This document shows, piece after piece, positions 41,243 to 55,401 of a stretch of DNA of 64,000 nucleotides. Origin of the DNA: Octopus vulgaris. Its lineage: Eukaryota. The stretch is from the NCBI GenBank assembly GCA_951406725.2, contig OX597827.1, positions 2,914,001 through 2,978,000 of the forward strand. The letters are read 5' to 3'. The notes under the pieces were generated by a model, which saw nothing but the letters and a program-made list of their open reading frames with translations, made no database searches and was not told where the DNA came from. The first letter of the stretch is position 1; every line of letters starts with the position of its first letter. Position numbers and translations under genes: made by a program.

Positions 41243-41335
41243 GGGGCTGCAGCAGAGTGGATAAGAGCGTTGAAACCCTGCGTTAGAAACAAAGGGTTAG
41301 AGTTCAATCCTAGCCGAAGGAATATGATTTTTTTT
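41243..41335 (+). other. tRNA-like Pol III unit or SINE head ending in oligo-T
   Basis: AGCAGAGTGG (A box), GAGTTCAATCC (B box), then T8. No proper acceptor stem. Confidence 0.45.
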
Positions 41336-41655
41336 ATATATATGTAGTACCTAAAGGTGATTGAAGACTAGACTGATGGTAATGTAATATAGATAGAAAT
41401 ATGCTCACACACAATAAAAAAGATGTGGCTTATAGTTTTAATGTCCCAAAATTAGTCCACACTATCCTACCTGCAATAACAATTTATGGGAAGCGGGAAG
41501 CATATAGAAAAAATATTTGGAAGTGTAGCATCCATATCGTTGTCAAGAGTATTGTGTCCTTCTACAAGTGATTGGATATTTAGTTGAGGTTTTGAGTCTA
41601 ACACTTAATTCTTGCGACGCATATAGACACAAGGAACAAAAATAGAGAAACATGA

Positions 41656-41702
<47 letters not shown>

Positions 41703-42329
41703 TGAGGTACAGCTCTTTACAATATGATTCATTTTGTAATATTCCAAAACAATGGGATAACATTGATACTGCTATGGTGTATCACATCGCATGAAAAGCA
41801 ATATTGAATGTGTGAGTGTGTTATCATATTGAGCAGATGATCAAATGTTGGTATACACTGCTGGTCACAATGCACTTCCTTGCATTGTTGTAGCTTTCAA
41901 ATGATGCTACTGGCTAGGCAGGCAGGCAGGCCTATGGCATACAAGTGACCGAGATCATGAGAGGGAACAAGGAAACAAGTATATCACATGGTCACTCATT
42001 TACAGCTGAGTGGATTGCAGCAACATGAAGTATTGTGTGATATCAAATAAGATTAAAAAGTGTTAAAATCTCAGAGCCTTTTGGGCAGCAATCTTATATG
42101 ATCAGTAATAGTAAAACACAGTAATACTAAAACAGGTGCTGCAGTAATGGAATGTCAGGTAGACAGATAGGAATAGAAGACTTCCTTCAGTCATGTTCGA
42201 TGGACAGAAAATATTACTCTTATTGTTGTTTAGTTCCAGGTCATCTCTGATTGAATTGATCAATGAGCAAAAGAATTCCACTTGTGACCAACCAAAATCA
42301 TTTGAGCAATGCTGATGGAATATTTCCCA

Positions 42330-43470
42330 CATCATGCAGATGTTGTGGCACTCACAGTGGCATTGGAGAGAAAAAAGCTTGAGCTTTTCTAGTCGACCTC
42401 AATAGTCAAGGCCTGTCATGCCATCCATCTTTTCTTGTAATTAACCTTTGAGGTGCTACAATTTTCATGATACTTTATTTCATGCGGGGAAACTACAGTG
42501 GACAAGAGTATTCAAGGTGGGGTCGGGCAAAAGTGGAAAAGAGGAAGATAATGGTGTGAGTATCTCTTGACTGGAAAGTTCTGAGAATCCAGGAACATAT
42601 TCTGTAGGCCATGTCAATTTTGCTGTTTATATGAGCGGCCCAAGTCTCTGATATTTTTGGATGCCATGAGATTTTCACCTGAAGGAAGGGAGTATGGGAG
42701 TTTCAGGGCATCCTCTTTCCCAAATTGTATCAACTCAAATGTGTCCTTGTTTAGCAACATATAATTCTTTTCTGCCCATTGGATGACAGCCAATAGATCT
42801 AACTGAAGGCATGCCCAGTCACCCACTTCATTGACGACCTTTTGGATCTTGGAATCATCTGCAAAGATTCTTATGTGACTGTGCTTGATGATGTCAGCAA
42901 TGTCACTGATGTAGATGATGAAAAGAAGTGGGCTCAGCACAGTGTCTTGTGGGACACTGCTACTGACTTTGGCTGGACTTGATTTTACTCCTTCAACTAC
43001 AATGTGTTGTGTTCTGCCTGTAGTAACTTTCCAGAGACACCAATGTTGGATAGCTTTTTCAAGAGGATCTTATGATCCACCCTGTCAAAGGCCTGCTGAA
43101 ATCAAGGTAGATGACATCAGTATTTAAGCCCTCTCCCAAAGCTCTCAAAATGTCATCAAGGTGATGCAGGAGCTGCGTTAGTCAGTTCTTTCCATTACAG
43201 AATCTGTATTGGCTGCTGTTCACCATTCTGTTGCTTTCAAGAAACTAGGTTATCCATGATCTCACCACCCTCTCAAATACCTTAATGATATGAGAGGTGA
43301 GCAAAATTGGCTAGTAGTTCACTGCAAGGGACTTGTTTCTTTTTTTGAAAACAGGGACAGAAAGTTCTCAAGAATATAACCAGTATCTAGTGAGTTCCTC
43401 CACAGATTAGCAAGAGGAGATACAAGTTAGTGTCAGCACACCTTCAGGACACAAACAGGGAATTGTGTTT
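42330..43470 (-). mobile_element. CR1/L2-type LINE reverse transcriptase remnant
   Basis: VPQDTVLSPLLFIIYISDI...IRIFADDSKI...LQLDL..V.QWAEKN.M.LN..., and ILRTFQSRD...LFSTFARPHLEYSCPL. Many frameshifts. Confidence 0.92.
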
Positions 43471-44007
43471 AATTTCATTTATTGCCACTAAGACATCAGG
43501 GGCACCAAAGGTTATGTTCAATATAGTGTGTTGAGGATTAATATCACTGACACAATCCAGATCAGCCATATCAAGATTGTTAAAAACAGATCAGTACTCA
43601 TTCATGGTTTATGCATTATCTTGGAGATTGCCATTTTCATCAATTCAAGGGCCAGCAGTGGAGACAATGACTTTGTGATTTGGGTTTACGATCATGAGCT
43701 GAATGCCCTAACCACTAAGCTACGTGCCTTCACACACACACACATATATATAATCCATATTTTTATTGCTTTTCTTTTGTCTTGCTCGATTACATTTTGG
43801 TTGTTTGCTAAATTTTTCTTGAGAACATTTCTTAGTAGTAAGACCATAGCGGATCTACTTCTAGCATAAGGGTTGTCCACATAGTGGTCATCCCTCTCAT
43901 ACGTATATATATATAAACATATATATGTATGTATATATGTATATGTCTATATGTATATATCTATATATGTGTGTATATGTCTATATATATATATATTTAT
44001 AAATATG

Positions 44008-44048
<41 letters not shown>

Positions 44049-44063
44049 GTCTCTCTCTATCTT

Positions 44064-44117
<54 letters not shown>

Positions 44118-44325
44118 ATGTATATATATATGTATATATTCATATGCATGAATACTTGTATATGTTTTGATGGAAATATGCATGTGTATATGATTATATA
44201 TGTGTGTCTATGTACACCTGTCTGACATTCCCTCCCCCTCTCTCTCTGTATTTATATATATATATTTATATATATATAAATACAGAGGGAGAGGGAATGT
44301 ATATATATATCTATATATATATTAG

Positions 44326-44356
<31 letters not shown>

Positions 44357-44373
44357 GATAGATAGATAGATAT

Positions 44374-44409
<36 letters not shown>

Positions 44410-44633
44410 AAAATGAGTTTGTAATGTGCTTGCAATCTGGAACGGTGCTAACAGTGGATGTTAGTGTATGAAACAACTGAATTTTACACTATACATGCTT
44501 TGTCTTTTCTCTTTGGTTAATCACCTTAATTCAGTGACAGCTTACATTTATGCTTGTCTATTCCATTACACACAACAGCTGATTAATACTATATGCTATA
44601 GGGATATATATATTGCACGATACACATGCTGAA

Positions 44634-44685
<52 letters not shown>

Positions 44686-44800
44686 GTGTGTGTGTGTATA
44701 TATATTTATATATGTATATACTATATTTTATACATGTATAATGTGCATACACATGTGTGAATATCTATCTGCTTGTCTGTCTGTGTATCTATCTATCTAT

Positions 44801-44857
<57 letters not shown>

Positions 44858-45293
44858 AACACACACACATATACATTTGTTCATGTATGATGTGTGGTGG
44901 GTGTGGATAGAGATGAGAAAACTGAGGATTAGGCAAAAGTGGTACTCCTAAGTGGATCCTTGTTTCTATTAGTGCCATTAAAACTCTTAGACTAAAATTC
45001 TAAAAATGAAATGAATAGCTCTTTCCGGAGCTTTTTTCACTTTTGCTCTACCTTCCACTCTCACTCTCTCTCTGTCTCTCTCTCTCATACACACACTCTA
45101 TCTATCTCTCACTCTCTTCTCTTTTCTGCACATTTACTTTTGCTGCACTTCATGCATACTTCATGACTGACAACTGATTTATGGAACAGTGCACTTCCTG
45201 GCTCTAATGCACCCAGAGATGGAAGGAAAAAGAAAATGATGAATGTAATAGAGCTGGAGGGAAATGAGGACATGAAGAGAAAGAAAGAATTTT

Positions 45294-45377
45294 AGACAGA
45301 CAGACAGACAGACAGAGAGATAGGTAGAGGGACAGAGAGATAGAGGGATAGATAGATAGATAGATAGGTAGAGGGAC

Positions 45378-45412
<35 letters not shown>

Positions 45413-45437
45413 GGGTTAGATAGATAGATAGACAGAC

Positions 45438-45492
<55 letters not shown>

Positions 45493-45680
45493 GGGATAGA
45501 TAGGTAGATATATATATATATATAGATAGATAGATAATAGATAGATAGATAGACAGATAGATAATAGATAGATAGACAGATAGATAGATAGATAATAGAT
45601 AGATAGACAGATAGATAGATAGATAATAGATAGATAGACAGATAGATAGATAGATAGATTAGAAAGATAGATAGATAGAG
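45294..45680. repeat. Compound (TAGA)n/(CAGA)n microsatellite
   Basis: Read directly from the sequence. Confidence 0.95.
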
Positions 45681-46396
45681 AGTTTGAAAGCAAAGGAGAG
45701 AGGAAGCTAACTAACAATGGATGAAAGAGCTTATGAGAGTTGATGAGGGATAAAAAGACTGAAAATATGAGTGTCAGCAAGGACTTAGAGAAGGAGAAAA
45801 AGAGTGTCCGTGTCCATAGAATGAATGAAGACACATTAGAAGAGAAGGTGAGAGAGGAAGAAAGAGAGAGAGTAGTAAAAGGAGAGAATAGAAAAATGGG
45901 AGAGAGAATGTGTATGTGTGTGAAGATGGTTTGAGAGAGTGTAGAAGAAGCAGAGATGGAAAAGTGATTGAAGGATATTGGGGTGGATATTCTTGATGGT
46001 CAATGACACTAATGATAATCACTATAAAATTAAATGAAAATGATGAGGGGCAAGATGGTTGATGACTTTATTACTGTTATGATGACGATGATGATAGGCA
46101 ATAAATGATGTCTCTACGATATGATGTAACGATGACGATGGTAAAGACTGATGTGATATCAGACTATGAACAAAACAAGATAGATACGCTATGACAATGA
46201 TGATAAAGACGATGAGATGGATACATCATAAGAAGAATGGTAAGATAACTAGAGAGGGACAAAGAGGATAAGGTAACTATGATGAGATAATGATGATGAT
46301 GATAGGATGGATACACTGTGACAAGGACACAATACATACAAGGTGACAATGATGATGATGATGACATAATGGAGTTAAGGTGATAGTGATAATGAC

Positions 46397-46690
46397 ACAA
46401 TAGGTACAACTGGACGATGACAATGATGAGACAAACAATACATTGTGATGATGATGATGATGACACAATTTGCTAATGAGGATGATGACATAACAGAGAC
46501 AAGTTGACAATGATGATGAGACAATAGGTACAACTGGACGATGACAATGATGAGACAAACAATACATTGTGATGATGATGATGATGACACAATTTGCTAA
46601 TGAGGATGATGACATAACAGAGACAAGTTGACAATGATGATGAGACAATAGGTACAACTGGACGATGACAATGATGAGACAAACAATACA
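46397..46690. repeat. 124-bp tandem repeat, about 2.4 near-identical copies
   Basis: CATTGTGATGATG... recurs at 46441 and 46565. Confidence 0.9.
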
Positions 46691-48205
46691 AAATCTAAAG
46701 AAAGTTAATAGTAAATTTGCCATGAGGTGTGAAAAATTGACATTTTGAATGATGGTCCTTTGTCTGCTCCTGACAGCAACTAAACTCACTAAAAACTCCT
46801 CTAAATTCCCTTTGGATTTACCTTATTATCATTGTTGGCAATGAAGGTCCACAACAGTTTTTTTTGCTTTTTTTTATCAAAATGTGGATTTTTATCTTAT
46901 CATACAATACAACGATAAAGATGACAAAACAATATTGATGGCAATGAACATGACGAGGGTGATTATGATGACAATGACCACAACAATGGCAAAATGGAAG
47001 ATGTACAGTGGTTATAACTTGGTAAGATAGATGATAGTGACAGAGACAACTGAAATTATTTTGAAGATGATGATGATATTGTTTATAACGATGTCGGCTA
47101 AGGGATATTTTGTTAGCGTTAAAAATCACAAGAATTTAATACTTAAATTCCAATTTCCATACCATTGAAGATATAGAAGAGATGACTTTTCCTCTTGGCT
47201 ATGAAGCTAGGCTATATCTAGGTTATAACTTACTCTGATACTCAGTACTGGCAAAATTCAACTCAGTACACCAATATTACTAACACACTTATTAATTCTA
47301 CAGTTAAGTTACCACATTTTGCGCTAAAGAAATTATGGACCATATATTTTGTATCTACTTAGACCTATATAAATTACATTATTTGAGAGTTAAAAGTTTA
47401 TTGATTAGAGACATGAGGTAAAATTGGCTGATAACACCCAATCTCGCATTACTCTGTGTGTGTGCATGTGTTTAAATATATACATATATATATATTAGGG
47501 TTGAGTGCTTCTCTAGAAATACCGTAACTTCACACCTTACCAGGACCTTAGACTTTTGCTCTATACTGAATATATATTTCGTATATTTGAACATATTTAA
47601 TTGAGCACTAAAAGGGATTTTCCAACAAGATGAAGAAAATTTACATTGATGTGTTAAAGAATTTAATTTGTCTTATTATTTGGTGTATATATATATATAT
47701 ATATATATATTCTTTTCACCAAAGTCTGTCAGCACAGATTGCTGCCCTATGCTCCATGTTTTTCACTTTTAGTGGACATTTCCCTTCATCCCTTGATAAA
47801 TACAGGAATACAAATCTCGTACTCGGTGATATATCTTTGAATAAAAATTATACCACTCTACCTAACAATATTAAATAATATTTCACTAATTTGTACACAC
47901 TAATACGGAACCATTTGCAGTTTATATAAAGTGTCAGGCTGTTATAATAAAAGTCTTAGGTACTTAATGTTGCTGGCTCCCACAACTTTGTAGTAAATTG
48001 GTATCATGGAATGTCGAACTGATTTTTTTCATTAACAATGCTCCTTAACTTCAAGTTCACCACTAAACATAGCTTAATGTTAAGAAACATCTATATCATA
48101 TAAGTATATCTTATACAGTATACTTGTATGAGATATATTGTATAGAATATCTTATATCATATCTTATACTGCCCACAACAACTCCTTTAGTCAACAGGAT
48201 CTTAC

Positions 48206-48228
48206 TAGGTTTTCAATCTCTATGATAT
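48206..48228 (-). CDS. Candidate 23-nt microexon (xIIEIENL)
   Basis: Minus strand reads TCTTCTTATTCTTTTCTACTGCTTTTTAAACTTTGAAG|ATATCATAGAGATTGAAAACCTA|GTAAGA: polypyrimidine tract with UGC, AG acceptor, GTAAGA donor. Signals only, no transcript evidence. Confidence 0.25.
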
Positions 48229-48498
48229 CTTCAAAGTTTAAAAAGCAGTAGAAAAGAATAAGAAGAGCAACAACAGCAGAAGCAGCAGCAACAACAAACA
48301 GACAGACAAATAAAACACACACATATTTCAAAAGCTTCTTCTTACATTTTAACCATTGTGCAGTGACTCCCCGCAACACATTCATGTGTATAAAGCAGTA
48401 GAAAGCAGTAGAAAAGATAAAAACAAAAAAAAAATATGTATATGTATATATATAAAATATATAAAATATATTTTATGATATATAAAATCAAATATATC

Positions 48499-48546
<48 letters not shown>

Positions 48547-48930
48547 TATTAAGATATATATATACACTAGTGTGTGTAGATATATATATAAATATCAGGT
48601 ATTAAGATATGCACTGTATTAGTATTAGATCAATAATACTAAGAGACAAAATTTTTTTTAAACGGTAAAGGGTGCAAAGATTATTAATATTTAGGGTATA
48701 CTTCAGATACGACAAAATCTTTAAAAAATGCATTGTAATAATAATAATAATAATGATGATGTTAATTATAATAATAATAATTCATTTAATGCTTCTCAGT
48801 AACAAAAGGAAAAGAGAATGTTTAAATATTCCTATGGGTTGTTTCCACATCTTATGCATATATCATTGTATCTCTAGGTTAAAGTACAGTACTTTAACAG
48901 ATTGGCATGGAACTTTAAAAATTTACATCG

Positions 48931-48961
<31 letters not shown>

Positions 48962-49026
48962 TGTTTATCAGACACCTTCAACATATTGAAAAAATACCAC
49001 ACTACATTGGCATGTGTATGTACATG

Positions 49027-49059
<33 letters not shown>

Positions 49060-49436
49060 TAAATGCAGTCTAGAATTTTTTTTTATATTTTGAAGGTATC
49101 TGATGAAAAAAATGTTACTGTTTCTTTTTCTTCTCTTACATTTCATAATTCATTTTCATATTTTAAATTGATTTTTTGGGGGTGGAGGGGAAGGGATGTT
49201 TTTTTGTTTTTTTTTTTGGTCATAATATAAATATTTTCAAATAGCTACAGTCAACTGGCTGAAACCAGTGAAAAAGCAAATGAAATTTTTATAAAAGTTT
49301 CATAGCCCATAGTTGAGAGATTGTCCTTTATGATTTGTTCGTATGTATGTATGTATGTATGTTTGTTTGTTTGTTTGTATGTATGTATGCATGCATGCAA
49401 GTATATAGATAGATAGATAGAAAGATAGATAGATAA

Positions 49437-49486
<50 letters not shown>

Positions 49487-50259
49487 TTTGTTTGAGTGTG
49501 TATTTACTTGTATATAGCTGTGTAAGGGAAAATGGAAGGTTTGTGAATAAGGTGACTGCAAATATAGGTATAATAAAGCATGCATTAGTATATATATCAT
49601 ACTGTACACAGGACATATAGAATGCTTTGTTTTTCTGTTTTCTTTTAGTTGGTAAAGTTTGTCAGGATAAATATAGAGTATAAGAGTTAAAAGAGAGCAA
49701 GACAAATTTGTGCAACTTAAGAGGCTGAGATTAAGTCAGATCAGTGGTGAAAGCCAGGGCGTTGATGACAATAATAATTCTAAATTTTGATCAACTGATT
49801 TAGCATGTAAGTGGCAAAGGATTCCATGGATATTGGTACCCTTAATGACACAATGGGTACCTTCGAATTACAGATACACTCCATCCAACAGGCTTCTTAA
49901 CAGTTTCTGTCAATCCAGTTTCATTCACAAAGTATAGCCAGAGTAAAAACGACATTTGCTTAAGATGCCATGCAAAGGAATTGAACCAATGATCTCATAG
50001 TTGTGAAGTGAACTTCTTAACCATTTGGCCACACCATGAATTATTTATGTTCTACACATAATTACTTAGAAACACACACACACATGGATAGGTGCATTAG
50101 TGGTGTGTTTAGAGTGTGCTATCAGGGACATCACTTGAATTTACTAAACAACTACTGCCCCTGCTCTCTATACAGGCTTACAGAGCAGACCCCAAACTAG
50201 CACCCCCAAAAGAGGGGGGGGGCACCCAGAGCAGAATGTCCCCACAGCCCAACTTCTAG

Positions 50260-50324
50260 CTACTTATATATATATATATATATACATGTATATATATATA
50301 TATATAAATATACATGTATGTATG

Positions 50325-50360
<36 letters not shown>

Positions 50361-50403
50361 ATACATATACATGTATGTATATATATATATATATATATAT
50401 ACT

Positions 50404-50437
<34 letters not shown>

Positions 50438-50585
50438 ATGTATATATATATATATATACATATACATGTATGTACATATACATATACATGTATGTATATA
50501 TACATATACATGTATGTATATATACATATACATGTGTGTATATATATATATATACATATACATGTATATATATATATATATATAT
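50260..50585. repeat. Compound (TA)n/TACATG low-complexity tract
   Basis: Read directly. Similar tracts at 18120-18500, 29950-30230, 55268-55430 and 59245-59600. Confidence 0.9.
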
Positions 50586-51239
50586 TGCTTTACTGTTTTG
50601 TAAATAGTTAGAAAAGCCTGTAATGGATATTTCTGGTCTTTTACATGCCGTATGACGAATTTAAGTAGAAACCATCATACACAGTTTATAACCTTGTTTT
50701 TACGCTATTCCACTGATGAGACCTTTTATTACACGATGGTATGCATCATATTGCTAGGAGACTGAGTATTGACACCGTTGAGTATCTTATTCCTGTGTAA
50801 CTAGACATCATAGCTGAAAATCATTTTATTGTTAGCTAATTGGTTGCTCTTAACTTGATATTTTTAATTGTTACTGAACAATCATGCAAAAATATGTTTT
50901 GCTTGACAGAGTTAATCTTCACTTTGGTACAATATATGGAAATACGTATGCTAGTATGCACACACACACAGAGTGAAGTGAGGAACTACTTCTGAAGTCA
51001 CAATAAATATACATAAAGAGCCAAAAGGAGATTATGAATTAAGATCTCCCCACTTTCTTTCTCTCCATTATTTATATACATAGATGTGTGTGCATGCAGA
51101 AGGGTTTGTTATACATACCAGTTATATGAATAGGTTTGTTTGTGTGCATGTTTCTGTAAGTGTGTGTACATATATATATATAGATGATATATACTTTTAT
51201 ATAATATTTATGTTTTTTCTTACACTGTTTCTCTCAATC

Positions 51240-51443
51240 CTCACATCGCCATGATTGACTGCTAGCCACTAAACCTTTTTTTTATTATTTTCTCTCTCTG
51301 TTTATTTCTGTGTTTCTTTCTGTTGAAGAGCATAGGCTCGAAACATAAAAGACCTTCTTACTTCCCGAGTGTTAACCTAATACATCTGTTTGTTGTTTAC
51401 ATACCCATCTCCGTCTTTTTTATTTGTTTTTTTTGTAAATTCC

Positions 51444-51450
<7 letters not shown>
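51240..51450 (+). mobile_element. Short element with minimal hammerhead-like motif
   Basis: TTGAAGA with a perfect GAGC-ATAG-GCTC hairpin and GAAACATA at 51323-51347. C3 is U and stem I is unclear. Ends in (TA)n. Confidence 0.55.
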
Positions 51451-51492
<42 letters not shown>

Positions 51493-51566
51493 AAATAAAA
51501 AATTTGATTTAGTATTTCTAAATTGAATTTTTCCCTGTAAGTTAGGAATAATATTCCCTCAAATAA

Positions 51567-51638
<72 letters not shown>

Positions 51639-52272
51639 TAAATAAATAGACAGATAGATGTGTGAATGCATGCATATATATACATACATGCAAACCTATA
51701 TCCCAATATTGTCTTAATAATAAATTAGAGACTACTATAATTGATGTTAGTAAGCCATGAAAATCTAATTCATAGCAATTACAACTTTAGTGATGACAAC
51801 AACCATTATCTAAATTACTCTTTCCCTACATTATCTTTTATTTGTATTATTCATCTTATTTTCAATTATTTACACATATTCCTGATATTTTATATTTCTC
51901 CTGTGGGATATCCATCCCTGGCAACCTGACAGAAAAGCATATCTTCATATGGGATACAGATGTATCATACAGTACCATTGCTAGTTTTATGAAAAATAAT
52001 ACTCCATAAATTTGTCAAATGTAGTTGTTTTAGCTCCCTAAATGACTGAAGCAGATGTTAAGGTTTTTATTTTTTTAATTTTTTCAAAGCTGGAGAGGGA
52101 AGGGTTAGCACCCAAAATCCAGCATTGTTTCAGGGCATTGTTTCAGAGTTGTGTAAGGAAGGAAGCTGTCTTCAAATCAGAGATGTGCCTTGCATACTTT
52201 CAGCAGATGGAACTCTGCTCAAGTTAGCCAAAAACTGATACTTTTCATAGCAACCCCCTTGAAAACACCACT

Positions 52273-52640
52273 AGGAGTGGCTGTGTGATAAGTAGCTTGC
52301 TTACCATCCACATGGTTCTGGGTTCAGTCCCACTGCGTGGCACCTTGAGAAAGTGTCTTCTACTATAGCCTAGGGCCAACCAAAGCCTTATGAGTGGATT
52401 TGGTATATGTGTGTGTGTGTGTGTATATGTTTTTGTGTCTGTGTTTGTCCCCCGCAACATCGCTTGACAACTGATGCTGGTGTGTTTATGTCCTCGTAAC
52501 TTAGCAGTTCGGCAAAAGAGACCAATGGAATAAGTACTAGGCTTACAACAAATAAGTCCTGGGGTCGATTTGCTCAACTAAAGGCAGCGCTCCAGCATGG
52601 CCGCAGTCAAATGATTGAAACAAGTAAAAGAGTAAAGAGT
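52273..52640 (+). mobile_element. tRNA-derived SINE (family A)
   Basis: Colinear with 4666-5074, with a short internal deletion. Confidence 0.9.
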
Positions 52641-53125
52641 GAAAACCGATCTAAGTAAAAATGCAATGTTACTAAGTAAAAACCTACCATCAAAGTTTCC
52701 TGTTAATTTATGTTCAAAACACCTGCTTAATTAGAACGAAGCTATTTTACTAAATTCTTCGTTATTTCCAAAATTTCTTGAATTAAACGTAATTTATTTC
52801 AACAGCAGAAATATAGTAACAAAAAGGTTAAGTCAACTTCCCCCAAAACTCAGGAACATAAAATAGCAGAATTAATATTAACAGACCTCTTGTGTAATGC
52901 TTTAACAAAACTACCAATCCACTTGTGTAAGGCAGTGCATTATCTTATATTTTATTTACCCCACAATGAAGAAAGGCAAAATTGGCCTACGTAGGACATG
53001 AACTCAGAGCATGGAGAGCTGGAACAAATACTAAAAAGCATATTTTCTAATGCTTTAACAAATCTACCAGTTTGCTAGCTTGAGAGGATATTAACCAGAG
53101 TAAGAAAGGAGCAGATGAAGTTTAA

Positions 53126-53335
53126 CCCTCTAGCGTTTAAACTGGCCAAAATATTCTACATATTTTATGTTCAAACTAGTCAGATATGGTCATTCATAGC
53201 TACCTTATTGTGTCATTTTAAAAATAAACAATCACATCATTGAAATCTCAAAGCCATGAAATGATGCAAGATTAATTTTACATGGTGTGAATACATAAGC
53301 TTTACATTTGACAGACTAATCTGAATGCTAAAGGG
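53126..53335. mobile_element. piggyBac-type MITE with TTAA target-site duplication
   Basis: TTAA|CCCTCTAGCGTTTA...TGAATGCTAAAGGG|TTAA. Partial copies at 53549-53750, 62680-62806 and 36280-36301. Confidence 0.8.
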
Positions 53336-54063
53336 TTAAGGAGCTGTTACCACTACTAGTAACAGGAAAGATTTGATGGGGCAATGAGGGAGACTCTCTC
53401 TATGTCAGTTTTTTAAATGCTAAAACTAACAACCAAATCTCTCTCAAATCACATCCTACTTTATTTAAAAAATAAATGAACATGTTGAGTAATGCAATCT
53501 TGGGCTTCATGCACATAAGGAAAAGATGAGGTGGTTAAAGTTTGCATGCCCTTTAGCATTTAAACTGGCTATATCCAGTCCAAATATTCTAACTATTTTA
53601 TGTTCAAACCAACCATATCCTGCCTCTCACTCCTATCCTACAATGTCATTCTAAAAACAAACAATCACATTATTGCAATCTTTAAGCTACAAGACCATGT
53701 TTGATTAATTCTAAACAGTGTGAATAAATAAGAATTATATCTTACAGAGTGAACTGGAAGAATGTAAAATAAAGTGTCTTGCTCAAAAACACCATACAGC
53801 CTGGTCTGAGACTCGAACCTACAACTTCACGATTGTAAACATGATGCTCTCACCACTGAGCCATAAGCCGTCAGTTATGTATACAAATATATATAAATAT
53901 AGATAGATAGATAGATAGACAAACAGACAGATAAGCTATTGAAAGATGAGAGAACATAAATATACATTATCACATGTTGCAACAACAGACATCAGATAAA
54001 TGCAGTGAAAATATGTTTTAATTGGGTGTTTTGGTACAGAATTTACTAACAAAGTTAATAGTG

Positions 54064-54116
<53 letters not shown>

Positions 54117-54391
54117 GTGGTATAGAATGTTAATTATATACAGTCATGCTTCCTGAATGATTGACTACGTGTTGATAGATGAGAATGGACGGGGTGGGGG
54201 GGCAGAGAATGTCAAGGAAGAAGCAAGGAGGAGATGTAAAGGAATGGTATGACTAAACACATAACTCTGGATGATTGATGAAATGACGAAAAGGAATTGC
54301 AAACAGGTAGCGATATATGCTACATGGCAGACACATTCAACCCATGTCAGAACCGAAAGAATTGGTGTTAAAGCAGTACTGCTGCTGGCAT

Positions 54392-54422
<31 letters not shown>

Positions 54423-54795
54423 TGGTATTGTTGATGTAAGGTTGATGATGAGGAGCCATATGTTTAGGATGATGCTGATGCTGATGATAATGAAGATGAT
54501 GATGATGATTGTGATGGCGATTCATGTGATGGTCGGAGTTGTTATGGTAATGACAATGAGGAGGAGGCAGAGGGGGATGGTGATAGTAATGTTGATGGTG
54601 ATCTCGATGAGGATGATGATGAGGGTGGTGGTTGAGGGTGGTGGTGATGGCGGTAACGACGATGCCGACAACGATGACTACGACAATGATTTATCGTTTC
54701 AACTCTATTGAGCCAAATTCTGATGTCTATAGCTCATTAGTGCAAATGACAACAAAATATTAATTACTAAATATTATCATGTAATTAAAATAAAG

Positions 54796-54834
<39 letters not shown>

Positions 54835-55049
54835 TCATTAATATTATTTCATTGCATTTTTAATGATAGCTATAGAATGTATCTGCCAATCTAAGTATTT
54901 GTTTGATAAATGTAAGGAAAGTTGTAGTGTTGCAAAATTGAAATATTTGCTGCAAATGTGCAACGCAGACACACATATAGCTATATAAATGTGTGTTCAC
55001 ACACACATGAACACGTGTGTTTATATATACATGTATACACACACGCACA

Positions 55050-55091
<42 letters not shown>

Positions 55092-55261
55092 CATAGGCAG
55101 GCTTAAATGTTTATGAGCAAAAGAGAAGTTCACACATGCACACAACTGCTTATTGAATGTGCAGCTGCAACTGCATCTTTCTAAATTTACTTAATTATTT
55201 CTATATTTACTTTTTGGCTGCCTTTAAAGAGAGACAATTCCAGAAGCTTTCCAAAGAACAT

Positions 55262-55344
<83 letters not shown>

Positions 55345-55355
55345 ATATATATATA

Positions 55356-55401
<46 letters not shown>

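Noticed and set aside
45292-45834. 180-aa ORF and the many other YI/HT/CV/LSIY-rich ORFs
   Set aside because: Translations of (TAGA)n, (TA)n, (CA)n and (AAT)n microsatellites.
50712-50745. CTGATGAG hammerhead start (also at 11096, 11960, 27658 and 33050)
   Set aside because: No properly placed GAAA, stem II and cleavage triplet. Too decayed, or chance matches.
54271-54730. Met/Val-rich plus ORF and His-rich minus ORF
   Set aside because: Degenerate (GAT/GGT)n sequence. The His frame has a stop upstream and the nearest acceptor lacks a polypyrimidine tract.
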